From Phaeosaccion multiseriatum (lineage: Eukaryota; Protista; Ochrophyta, other classes), in the NCBI GenBank assembly GCA_965112735.1, contig OZ218957.1, positions 3,472,001 to 3,536,000 of the forward strand: a stretch of 64,000 nt of DNA, read 5' to 3'. The notes under the pieces are model-generated. The model worked only from the letters and a program-made list of their open reading frames with translations. It did no database searches and was not told the DNA's origin. The translations under genes and the position numbers were made by a program. Below are positions 38,257 to 47,883 of the stretch, piece by piece. Position 1 is the stretch's first letter, and every line of letters starts with the position of its first letter.

Positions 38257-40969
38257 GTAGTAGTCGTCGTAGGAGGAGGAATAGCAGTGGTATAAGTAGT
38301 AGTAGTAATGATAGGAGGAGGAATAGCAGTGATGTAAGTAGTAGCAGCAGCAGTAGTAGTAGGAGGAGGAAGAGGGGCGGATAAGTTCACTTCCCTACCA
38401 AGATGGGGGCTGCACATCCACTGCCATCCTCCCACCCACCTATGGCTCTGGCCCCGCCGAACACGAGGGCGGTCCAGAACGGCATGGCCCACCCCGGGGG
38501 AAGCACAATGTCCCACCCCGCGCCCAAGCCCCTGCCGCGCCTGAGCTCGTCCCCGGGGGGCGGGGCTGTCGAGATGAGAAGTAGAGGCACGCCCAGGGGG
38601 CGGTGCTGGAGACCCGAGGGGGCGGGCTTGCTCTCGTGCACGTCCTGCCGCATCCAGGTGCCGCTGCAGGGGGGGGATGGCAGTGGATGGGGGACGTTTA
38701 TGTAATATGATGGTGAAGCAGTCCATCAATGCTTAGCATCTTGTGACGCGAAGAGGGGGATAGGAGTGTGATGTGAAACATAGACAGAACAGAACTTGCT
38801 CACCTCACCCTCTCCTTCTTCTTGATTCCGTTGAGCACGTGGTCAGGCCGGACCTGTACGTCCCTTGTGGAGGCCGCTCGTGCCTTTTCATCCCAAAGCG
38901 GAGACACACCACAGCCACAGAGTCTCCCGCTGAAGCCTTGGGGAGGGCACCGCCACTCGCTCGAGCCTCCTCCCAAGGGGACCGGGCCGTCAGCCTCACT
39001 GCCACCTCCCCCTTCTCCTCCTCCTCCTCCTCCTCCTCCTCCTCCTCCTCCTCCTCCTCCTCCTCCTCCTTCTCCTCCTCCTTCTCCTCCTCCTCCTCCT
39101 TCTCCTCCTCCTCCGCCTCCTCCTCCTCCCCCTCCCCCTCCCCCTCCTCCCTCTACTGCTGCGTCGACTCCCGGCGTGTCGTCGTCCTCACCCTGATGGC
39201 GCTCCCTCGGGTCCAGTGCGGTGAGACCCAGCACTGTGCCCTGCGGCACCATCCTGCCCTGCCGCTGTATCACCAACTGCTGCTGCTGCTGTGGTCCTGT
39301 TAGACGCGACCACAGCTGCGCCCCGCTGTCCTCCCCTGCACTTGAAGCTACCCCCGGGGTGTTACGACTGTGAGTGCCAATGCCAGTGCCAGTGTGAGTG
39401 CCAGTGCCGTGGCTAGCCCCAGAGCCTCTCTGAGTGTAGGAAGTGTAGGGCTGTATGACTCTGCCGAGCACCTCCGTGGCCTTGGCGCCCCTCACCGACA
39501 GCCGTACAAGGCCCCCCGGGACAGGGTACTGCACCTTTACCTCACCACTGCTGCCGCCCATATGACTCTCGCCGCTGTTGCCTATATGACTGCTGTCACT
39601 GCCCCCAGCGCCCCCTATGCACCTCGCTTGGGCCTGCAGCACCGCAAGCACCTCGCTCACCGCCGCCGGATGCACCCACACCCACAACTGCCGTCGCCGC
39701 TGCGGCTCCTGTATCACCAACTCCTCCTCCTCCTCCCGCTCCTGCCCGGGCTGGGCTCCAGGGGGTGCCCACAGGAAGCTCGCAGGGGCGATGCACCCCC
39801 TGGGGAAGCGGCCGGGCTGGTACACGCACGCCTCTACTTGGCGGCTGCCTGCCAGCACGTCGGCCTGAAGAAGGCTGCCTGCACTTGCCAGTACGTACGT
39901 ACGCACGCACGCACGCACGCAAATCACACAACGAGGGAAGGCAAGAAGGTGTTTAACAGCAAGCAACCACCAGCAGCAGCAGCAACAAGGGCATGTATAG
40001 CAAGACTCAAGCGGATCAGAGAGGGCAGCCCGGGCAGGAGGAAGGAGGGACTCTGACCTGAACTGACGTATATACTGCACGGACCATCCTGCGCTATCCC
40101 CCCCCCCTCTTCATAATACTGGTCATCCTACCCCATACTCACTACTGATGGAAGTCATATGCACCAGAGACTAACCGTCAAGGGGGTCGATGACGGAGGC
40201 GAGCAGGGCGAGGACTTGCCCCTCCGGGCCGGACAGCTCCAGCGGCCTCATAAAGGTGACGTCCTGCACGGTGCAGTGCTGCCTCGCAGCGTCTATGTTG
40301 GCCTTGGCCCCTCTCTGGCTGCTGAGGGGCAGCTCGAAGCCCCACCTACTGCCCATGCGCATGCGTTTTGCATGCCACACGTGCGTCTCCAGCCAACGCG
40401 TCTTCGCACCCTTCTGGTCTTGCTGGATGTTGCTGACTTGCCTCCCCCGCTTTCTCTTTCCCGGCTGCTGCTGCTGCTGCTGCTGCGGCTGCGGCTGCGG
40501 CTGGCCGTCTGCCGCAGCTGCTGCTGCTACGGTGTGGGGACTGCGAGCTTGCAGCAAGAGGCGAGGCCTGCGTCTGTGCTTCCTGCAGCGCTGCTCGAAG
40601 GGGATCTTCGCGTTTTTCTCCTTGGCGGCTGCTTCTGCGGCAGTCAGGTTCTCCTTGAGGCGCTTGGCGGGCATCTTGCGCGACCTTTGATGGGAAACGA
40701 GGAGCGAGAGGAAAGGAAACACAGCATGCTCGGTTTGACTGACTGCTTGATGAATGTGACCGAAGTCATCACCATGGTACTGGTGCTCACTACCTGTGGG
40801 AGGTGGTCCTTCGCCGCAAGTGGCGAGGCAGGGCTTGCTTGCCCAGCCCCTCTCCATCCGACACTGCCGCCACGGCGGCGTCCAGAATCTGCAGCTCCGG
40901 CACGCGTGCAGAGACGTACTCTTCAACATCAATGGACTGGGGCGCCTGAGGCGGCACGATTTCGTTCAT
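34427..40969 (-). CDS. POP1: Ribonuclease P/MRP protein subunit POP1
   Basis: Exons 40969-40794, 40684-40176, 39878-38804, 38663-38440, ~38001-37904, 37475-37162, 36534-36359, 35733-35549, 35381-35082, ~34534-34427. Motifs [96 protein letters not shown]. Confidence 0.93.
34788..35067. repeat. 9-bp intronic minisatellite (CCCCTCAGT/CCCCTCACT/CTCCTCAGT)
   Basis: Tandem array in the last POP1 intron. Confidence 0.9.
36357..36502. repeat. 12-bp tandem repeat (CCTTGAGCATCA) x12 encoding (DAQG)n in POP1
   Basis: Perfect array at the 3' end of POP1 exon 36534-36359. Confidence 0.95.
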
Positions 40970-41116
40970 GGCGCCTGCTATCCACGAGGATAAGCAAGTG
41001 GAAGTGTTGGTGATGAATGATTCACAGTTGGAGCGTGTTTTTTTTTATCTCCATCCATCTGTTTATCTCGTCCAGTAGAATCTTCGACACTGAAACAGAT
41101 TAAAGGGCGAGTGAGG

Positions 41117-42326
41117 ATGGTTCGCCTGATGCTCGCCGCGCTCCTGGCGTCCATCCCTTCCATGGACGGCTTCCAATTCCTCCCTTCTTCCCGTGGCCTT
41201 TCTGTCGTCCCCCGGCCATTCCGTACGCCCTCGACTGCTTTACATGCGCTCAGCGCCACCCAAGTGGCTTTGGTTGTGGCCGGAGGTGTTCCTCTGGCTG
41301 CACTGTACACATTCTTTCGGGCAGACAGGCTGCTGACGGAAAAGGAGCGGCAGCAAGAGGTGTGGAGGCTGATGGAGGAGAAGACACGGCAGCAAGAGGA
41401 GGAAAAGCTTAAGGCGGCTGCTGACAAGTCCAGTGGCCTTCCTTCGCTGGTGTACTACGGGGATGCAGCGCTAATGACCCCGATTGTGGAGCAAGTGGCC
41501 GAGGAAGAAATCCTCACGCCCGCTTTCCAAGAGAAGCTCAGTATGTTGAAGGAGTGCCAGAGACACTATCGAGGACTCGGCATCGCAGGTGATGAACTGC
41601 CGTGCTATCGTGCTGTTGTCAGGCTGTAGGCTGGTGCTCCACCCCTTGCATGGGCCTTTCCTTCTGTATTGGGCCGTCGCTCGCCCCTCCTCCAACGCTC
41701 CCTCCCCTCCCATGCTTTGTTGTGGTGCTCTCCTTGCCCCCCCCGACGATGTCGGCAAGCAGCCCCCCAAGTCGGCTGGAGAGCAAGGGTGTTCTGCATG
41801 GGCAGCCTCGAGGGGCAAGAGTCTGCGGTGCCTGCCAAGGACAAGGACGCCTTTTCCTTTGGGTTTTGGATCAATCCGCAGCTCTCGTGGGAGGAGGACG
41901 AGCTTCCGTCCCAAGAGAAGGAGGGGGACTGTTTCTTCTGGGAGGGCTGCTTATCCGTGCCGGGGCAGAGGGGGTGGGTGAAGCGGCCGCGGGCAGTGCG
42001 CTTGTCAGGCTTCAACGAGAAGGGAGGTGAGTGGACTGGGAGGCTCTGGAGGAGGGGAATTTTGTCGACTTCCAGACTTTACAGAAGAGGGGAGGTTTCG
42101 GATGGAGTCTCTACAATGCTCACTGGCTTTAGAAACAAGCACGCGAACAATTGGGTGTTATGCCCTTGATAGTCCTGTACGCAGCTGAGGAGGGTGAGAG
42201 TGTGTTGTGGTGAGGCACAGACAAAAGCGAATCGGGCCATCCCTCATCTCCTTTGTTCTCTCTGTCTGTCTGTCTGTCTGTCTCTCTGTCTGTCTGTCTG
42301 TCTGTCTGTCTGGCTGGCTGGCTGGA

Positions 42327-42391
<65 letters not shown>

Positions 42392-43608
42392 TTCTGTCTG
42401 TCTGTCTGTTTGTCTGTCTGTGTGTCTTTTTGTCTCTCTCTCGATCTGTCTGTGTGTCTGTCTTTCTGTCTGTGTCTCTGTGTGTTTTGTCGTTCTGCCT
42501 GTCTCTCTGTGTGTATGTATGTCTGTCCGTCTGCCTGTCTGTCTGCCTGCCTGTTTCTCTCTCTCTCTCTGTCTGTGTGTCTGTCTTTCTGTCTCTGTCT
42601 CTCTCTCTGTGTGTGTATGTATGTATGTCTGTCCGTCTGCCTGTCTGTCTGCCTGCCCGTTTCTCTCTCTCTCTCTCTGTGTGTCTGTCTTTCTGTCTCT
42701 GTCTCTCTCTGTGTGTATGTCTGTCCGTCTGCCTGTCTGTCTGCCTGCCTGTTTCTCTCTCTTTCTCTCTCTCTCTGTCTGTGTGTCTGTCTTTCTGTCT
42801 CTGTCTCTCTCCGTCTGTATGTGGGTATGTATGTCCGTCTGCCTGTCTGTCTGCCTGCCTGTTTCTCTCTCTCTCTATCTCTCTCTCTCTCTGTCTTTCT
42901 GTCTCTGTCTCTCTCTGTGTGTATGTATGTCTGTCCGTCGGCCTGTCTGTCTGCCTGCCGGTTTCTCTCTCTCTCTCTCTCTCTCTCCCACTCCATGTAT
43001 ATGCCCCACCACCTCAAAGAGCGCGTGTCCGTGGCCCTTGACGGCCTTCTGGCGCGAGTGGCGCAGCACGAAGCAGACCATCTCGACGGAGTGCTCTTCC
43101 CGCAGAGGACCATCCAGGGTGCGTGGGGAGAGAGAGGCACATGGGGGGGCGGGTAGTTGGGTGGTGTGGGTAGAGGCATACGGGGGGTGGATGGGTGAGT
43201 AGAGAGGCGTATTGGGAGTGGGTGGGTGGGAAAAGAGGTGCAAGGGGGGGTTGGAGGCGGACCATTTTACAACTCGCGGCTCGTGGCTCACAGAGAGGGA
43301 ATGAGCGAGGAGCCCACCCCTGCCCCCTCCCCCCTCCATCGCCTTCTTGTCTTGCCTGCTGTCAAGTGAGTCAGAAGGAGCGTTCGGATTTCGTTTCGCG
43401 CGGGGCCTTCCTTTCTTCTCTTCTGGCAGTCATGCTCAGTCCGCTTCTTGTTTCACGGCCCCCCCCCCCCTCTCACACACACACACATACAGGGACCCTC
43501 CTGCCTCTGGCCTCCTTCCAGGGTGAGGGGCAGGACAAGTGGCCACCTGGTTGGCCCACAAAGGGGGCTCGAAGCACGCCTCCTGGCACTTTGGCGTACG
43601 AACTGTAG
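41117..43608 (+). CDS. def: Peptide deformylase, organelle (probably plastid) targeted
   Basis: Exons 41117-41588, 41763-42026, 43020-43118, 43493-43608. All three PDF motifs are present: GLGIAAPQVG, EGCLSVPG, QHEADHLDG. N-terminal signal peptide plus DGF-QF. Confidence 0.95.
42258..42988. repeat. (TCTG)n/(CT)n compound microsatellite with ~65-70-bp higher-order units
   Basis: Unit GTCTGTCCGTCTGCCTGTCTGTCTGCCTGCCTGTTTCTCTCTC recurs about 5 times in PDF intron 2. Confidence 0.85.
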
Positions 43609-44934
43609 TGAGACTCGGGACACGCTTGGTTGGTGTGAGGGCGTGTGGGGTGGATAGGCCCCCTTTCGGCGGAAAAGGGGGTGGGGCCCTGCCGGAGCTG
43701 TGCCGGGGTTACTAGTCGCGATTGGTCTTCAGAGAGGCTCAGAGAGAATGGCTATGGGAAAGGATACAGCAGCAGCAGCAGCAGCAGCAGCGGCAATTGG
43801 TGATACAGCAGCTGTACGAAGGGCGCGCCTCGGGCCTTGTCGAAGTGCGAGCAGATGGAGGCGATGCGCAGATGCGGAGACCTTGGGAAGTCATTTATTG
43901 ACTTGGTAGGAAGCACCGAGGGGAGGCGGCCCACGCCCTCCAGGAGAAGACCCGTCCGTCAAAACTCGCTCCGCATCCTCCAACCTCCAAGTCGTCGTCA
44001 AGCTCGGCCGCTCCGCATCCTCCAACCTTCAAGTCGTCGTCAAACTCGGCCGGTCTGCCCAGGAGACCGAATCTCTGCTGACGGCCTGGAGAATGCTGTC
44101 GAGTGCCGGCAGGCCTCCTTCTTTCCTTCTGGGGGGGCGGCGTCGATTGCTGAGTGGACTTTGACGGTGCTCTGCTCAGCTGCCTACCCCGCCTCTGTTG
44201 CACAGCCGCGAGCGAGTCCCATTCGCTGTGCTGAGGGCTTTGCACTTTGCACCTGCTGTCTCGCGGAGAGGAAACGGTAGCGACGCTCACAGACACGTGG
44301 CGTCATGTGACGCGAACCTGACTCGAACTGCATACGGCAGCTGCTTCGACGTGCTTGAGGCCGAGAAATGCTGTGACTTGTCGAATAATGCAAACAATGT
44401 TTAGAATTCAGAAACGGAGGGGAAGGGAAAAGGGTAAGTTTTTTCTACCACTGCCTGTGTTGTATGTGAAGCAACCCTGGCCAGATTACGCAAACTGCAC
44501 GTGCACCCTAAAGGCTGCGAAAGGCGCCACTTGCAGGACCCTCTCTCAGTCCCTGCATCGAATGCAATTCTGTCCAATGGGGTGGAGTACCAACGCGCGC
44601 TCTGCCAAATAGTAATACATGCTCTCAACTCCACCCGCCATAATCCCATAGTCCTGTGCATAAGAAGGACCTCGCTCGAGGAGAGGGAGGAACCTGTGAG
44701 GGCTGGACCACCACCATCTGTGAGGGCTGGACCACCACCATCTGTGAGGGCCAGGCCACCGCCAAGCGCCTTGCTTGTGCTCGAGGAGGGAAGCCCCGAC
44801 TGCTACTGAGTGCGTGAGGGATATTCATTGACATAAAAAAAAGAATCACGTAAGAAGTACTCGTGAGTGATCGGACGCCCAATCAATTCATTCCATTACA
44901 ATGTAGAGGTGGATTAAAGGACAGTTGAGCTAAA

Positions 44935-47208
44935 TCAAGCCAGAATTCCATCCTTTCCTGCCCTCCTCCACCAGCCACCGACCCGCATCACCACCCTCCC
45001 CGGGTTGTGTTCGTCTTCCCATGCTTCGATGCCCGGCCTCTCCTGCAAGTAGGCCAGCACGGCGGGCTTAAGAACGCTGATGCCGTCCTCACTGCCTTGG
45101 CCTCGGCCTGTGATGACTTGGATCTCAACCCCCGCCTTGGCCTCTGAGAGCACGTGACGAAGCGCTGCCTTGCTCGTTCCCCTGCTGAAGTGGTGCAAGT
45201 CCACCTCCTGCCCCCCTTTCTTCCAGTGATTCAAGACCCCTTGCGATAAGGCCTCTGCGTACACCCCGTCAGCAGCCTCCTCGTCACCACCCTCCTGCAA
45301 AGCATCAATGGTGGCACTGTAGCTGATTTCATTGGGAGGGAGTCCTTGTGCCTTCATCTCCCTCAGTAAACCCACTGCCTCCACGTGTTGTCCGGCCCTG
45401 GCGCATGCGTTAATGGTGGCACTGTAGCTGATTTCATTGGGAGCGAGTCCTTCTGCCTTCATCTCCCGCAGTAAACCCACTGCCTCCACGTGTTGTCCGG
45501 CCCTGGCGCATGCATTAATGGTGGCGTTGTAGCTGATTTGATCGGAAGCGAGTCCTTCTGCCCTCATCTCCCTCAGTAAACCCACTGCCTGTTGTCCGGC
45601 CCTGGCGCATGCGTTAATGGTGGCACTGTAGCTGATTTCATCGGGAGCGAGTCCTTCTGCCTTCATCTCCCGCAGTAAACCCATTGCCTCCACGTGTTGT
45701 TTGGCTCTGGCGCATGCGTTAATGGTGGCATTGTAGCTGATTTCATCGGGAGCGAGTCCTTCTGCCTTCATCTCCCTCAGAAAACCCACTGCCTGCACGT
45801 GTTGTCCGGCCCTGGCGCATGCGTTAATGGTGGCACTGTAGCTGATTTCATCGGGAGCGAGTCCTTCTGCCTTCATCTCCCGCAGTAAACCCATTGCCTC
45901 CACGTGTTGTTTGGCTCTGGCGCATGCGTTAATGGTGGCACTGTAGCTGATTTGATCGGGAGCGAGTCCTTCTGCCTTCATCTCCCGCAGTAAACCCATT
46001 GCCTCCACGTGTTGTCCGGCCCTGGCGCATGCGTTAATGGTGGCATTGTAGCTGATTTCATTGGGGGTGAGTCCTTCCGCCTTCATCTCCCTCAGGAAAC
46101 CCATTGCCTCCACGTGTTGGTTGGCTCTGGCGTATGCATTAATGGTGGCGTTGTAGCTGATTTCATTGGGAGGGAGTCCTTGTGCCTTCATCTCCCTCAG
46201 TAAACCCATTGCCTGCACGTGTTGGCCAGCCCTGGCGCATGCGTTAATGGTGGCACTGTAGCTGATTACATTGGGAGGGAGTCCTTCTGCCTTCATCTCC
46301 CTCAGAAAACCCACTGCCTCCACGTGTTGTCCGGCCCTGGCGCATGCGTTAATGGTGGCACTGTAGCTGATTTGATCGGAAGCGAGTCCTTCTGCCCTCA
46401 TTTCCCTCAGTAAACCCACCGCCTGCACGTGTTGTTTGGCTCTGGCGCATGCGTTAATGGTGGCATTGTAGCTGATTTCATTCGGAGCGAGTCCTTCTGC
46501 CTTCATCTCCCTCAGTAAACCCACTGCCTGCATGTGTTGTCCGGCCCTGGCGCATGCGTTAATGGTGGCACTGTAGCTGATTTCATCGGGAGCGAGTCCT
46601 TCTGCCTTCATCTCCCGCAGTAAACCCATTGCCTCCACGTGTTGTTTGGCTCTGGCGCATGCGTTAATGGTGGTACTGTAGCTGATTATATCGGGAGCGA
46701 GTCCTTCTGCCTTCATCTCCCTCAGTAAACGCATTGCCTGCACGTATTGTCCGGCCCTGGCGCATGCATTTATGGTGGCACTGTAGCTGATCACGTTTGG
46801 TCTGACGCCTTCCTCCTTCATCTCTACCAAGAGAGCCAAGGCACCCTTCCACCGCCCGCACTTACCAATCGCGGTAATGGCAGCACTCATACAGTACACA
46901 TCGGGCTTGAGGCCCTCTTGCCGTGCGCGCTCCAGAGTAGGGGCAACCCTCTTCCAGTCCTTGCTCCTCCCCAGATCTTGAATCTTCCTCATGAGCCGTA
47001 TTTGCCTCCACTTCTCACTCCCCCCAGTAGAGAAACAGGAACATTGCTGCTGCAGCTGCTTCTGCTGATGGAGAGTAGAGTCGGTGCGCCGTTCAGCATC
47101 GGTGCCGCCTGCTGCTGCGCCTCCTACTCCTCTCCTTTTCCTGCCAATGCAGGAGGAAAAGCAGGTTCTGGCCAACGCCCTCAACGATAACGCTCTCATC
47201 ATCAGCAT
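44935..47208 (-). CDS. Intronless P-class PPR protein (~16 repeats) with C-terminal SMR (small MutS-related) domain
   Basis: Single ORF. 35-aa repeats xISY[S/N]ATINACARAGQHVEAMGLLREMKAEGLAP[D/N]; C-terminal EVDLHH...VITGRGQGS...VLKPAV...NPGRVVM is SMR. First ATG at 47208 gives an Arg/Ser/Leu-rich N-terminus (MLMMRALSLRALARTCFSS) like a mitochondrial presequence. Confidence 0.95.
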   Translation of the reverse strand: MLMMRALSLRALARTCFSSCIGRKRRGVGGAAAGGTDAERRTDSTLHQQKQLQQQCSCFSTGGSEKWRQIRLMRKIQDLGRSKDWKRVAPTLERARQEGLKPDVYCMSAAITAIGKCGRWKGALALLVEMKEEGVRPNVISYSATINACARAGQYVQAMRLLREMKAEGLAPDIISYSTTINACARAKQHVEAMGLLREMKAEGLAPDEISYSATINACARAGQHMQAVGLLREMKAEGLAPNEISYNATINACARAKQHVQAVGLLREMRAEGLASDQISYSATINACARAGQHVEAVGFLREMKAEGLPPNVISYSATINACARAGQHVQAMGLLREMKAQGLPPNEISYNATINAYARANQHVEAMGFLREMKAEGLTPNEISYNATINACARAGQHVEAMGLLREMKAEGLAPDQISYSATINACARAKQHVEAMGLLREMKAEGLAPDEISYSATINACARAGQHVQAVGFLREMKAEGLAPDEISYNATINACARAKQHVEAMGLLREMKAEGLAPDEISYSATINACARAGQQAVGLLREMRAEGLASDQISYNATINACARAGQHVEAVGLLREMKAEGLAPNEISYSATINACARAGQHVEAVGLLREMKAQGLPPNEISYSATIDALQEGGDEEAADGVYAEALSQGVLNHWKKGGQEVDLHHFSRGTSKAALRHVLSEAKAGVEIQVITGRGQGSEDGISVLKPAVLAYLQERPGIEAWEDEHNPGRVVMRVGGWWRRAGKDGILA

Positions 47209-47883
47209 TGCATTTGTTTTTGGGAAGATACAAGGGAAGGAGAAGGGAAAGGGGAGAGAGAAAAAATCTAGCATATATTGACTTAAGAGGAATCACCTGA
47301 GAAACTGAAACTGAAAGTGTGTGTGTGAGACGAGAGTGTCATTGTGGGTGGGACGCGTGCTCGCGTGCACGATTGGAGAACCAAGAGTAGACCCCGAACG
47401 GCGGAGGCCGCCGAAGCGACTGCCGCCGAACAAGGGAGAACTCGCGCCAGGACCAACCTGCCCCGGAGAGAAGGGAGTAAGTCCGGGTGGAGTACCAACA
47501 GGCCGTCTTTTTCTTACAAAATAGTAAAATGTAAGAAAATACGAAAATATTGTACAAGTACTAGAAATAGAAAATAGAGAATGTCAGGAAGTGTATTGTT
47601 TTGTTCTCTGGCTGGCCCTGTGGGCACTTGGCTGAACAATTAATTTACATTTTAATATTTTTTCCGTCGAAAGCATGCGCCGCATTCCCTCACAGAGAGC
47701 AGAGCACGAGGCAGGCAGGAAGTCGCTTCTGTCTGCGAGCCTCTGCTGGCCTCTGCTGGCCTCTTTTGGACGGGAGGGACTCGAGTCAGCGTACAAGTGT
47801 ACCACTTTTTTTGTCGTCGCTAACTCGAGTCTGGCTTTGCCGCCGTACTAGCAGAGAGGAGAGAGGAGAGGGTGTAGGACTAT

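Noticed and set aside
15682-43608. Bacterial operon or recent HGT (lysA, yigZ, def)
   Set aside because: All three have spliceosomal introns and organelle-targeting presequences and are interspersed with eukaryotic genes such as POP1.
43650-44900. Short ORFs and small tandem repeats between def and PPR-SMR
   Set aside because: No recognisable domains, termini or consistent splice structure; only local 24-bp and ~39-bp duplications.
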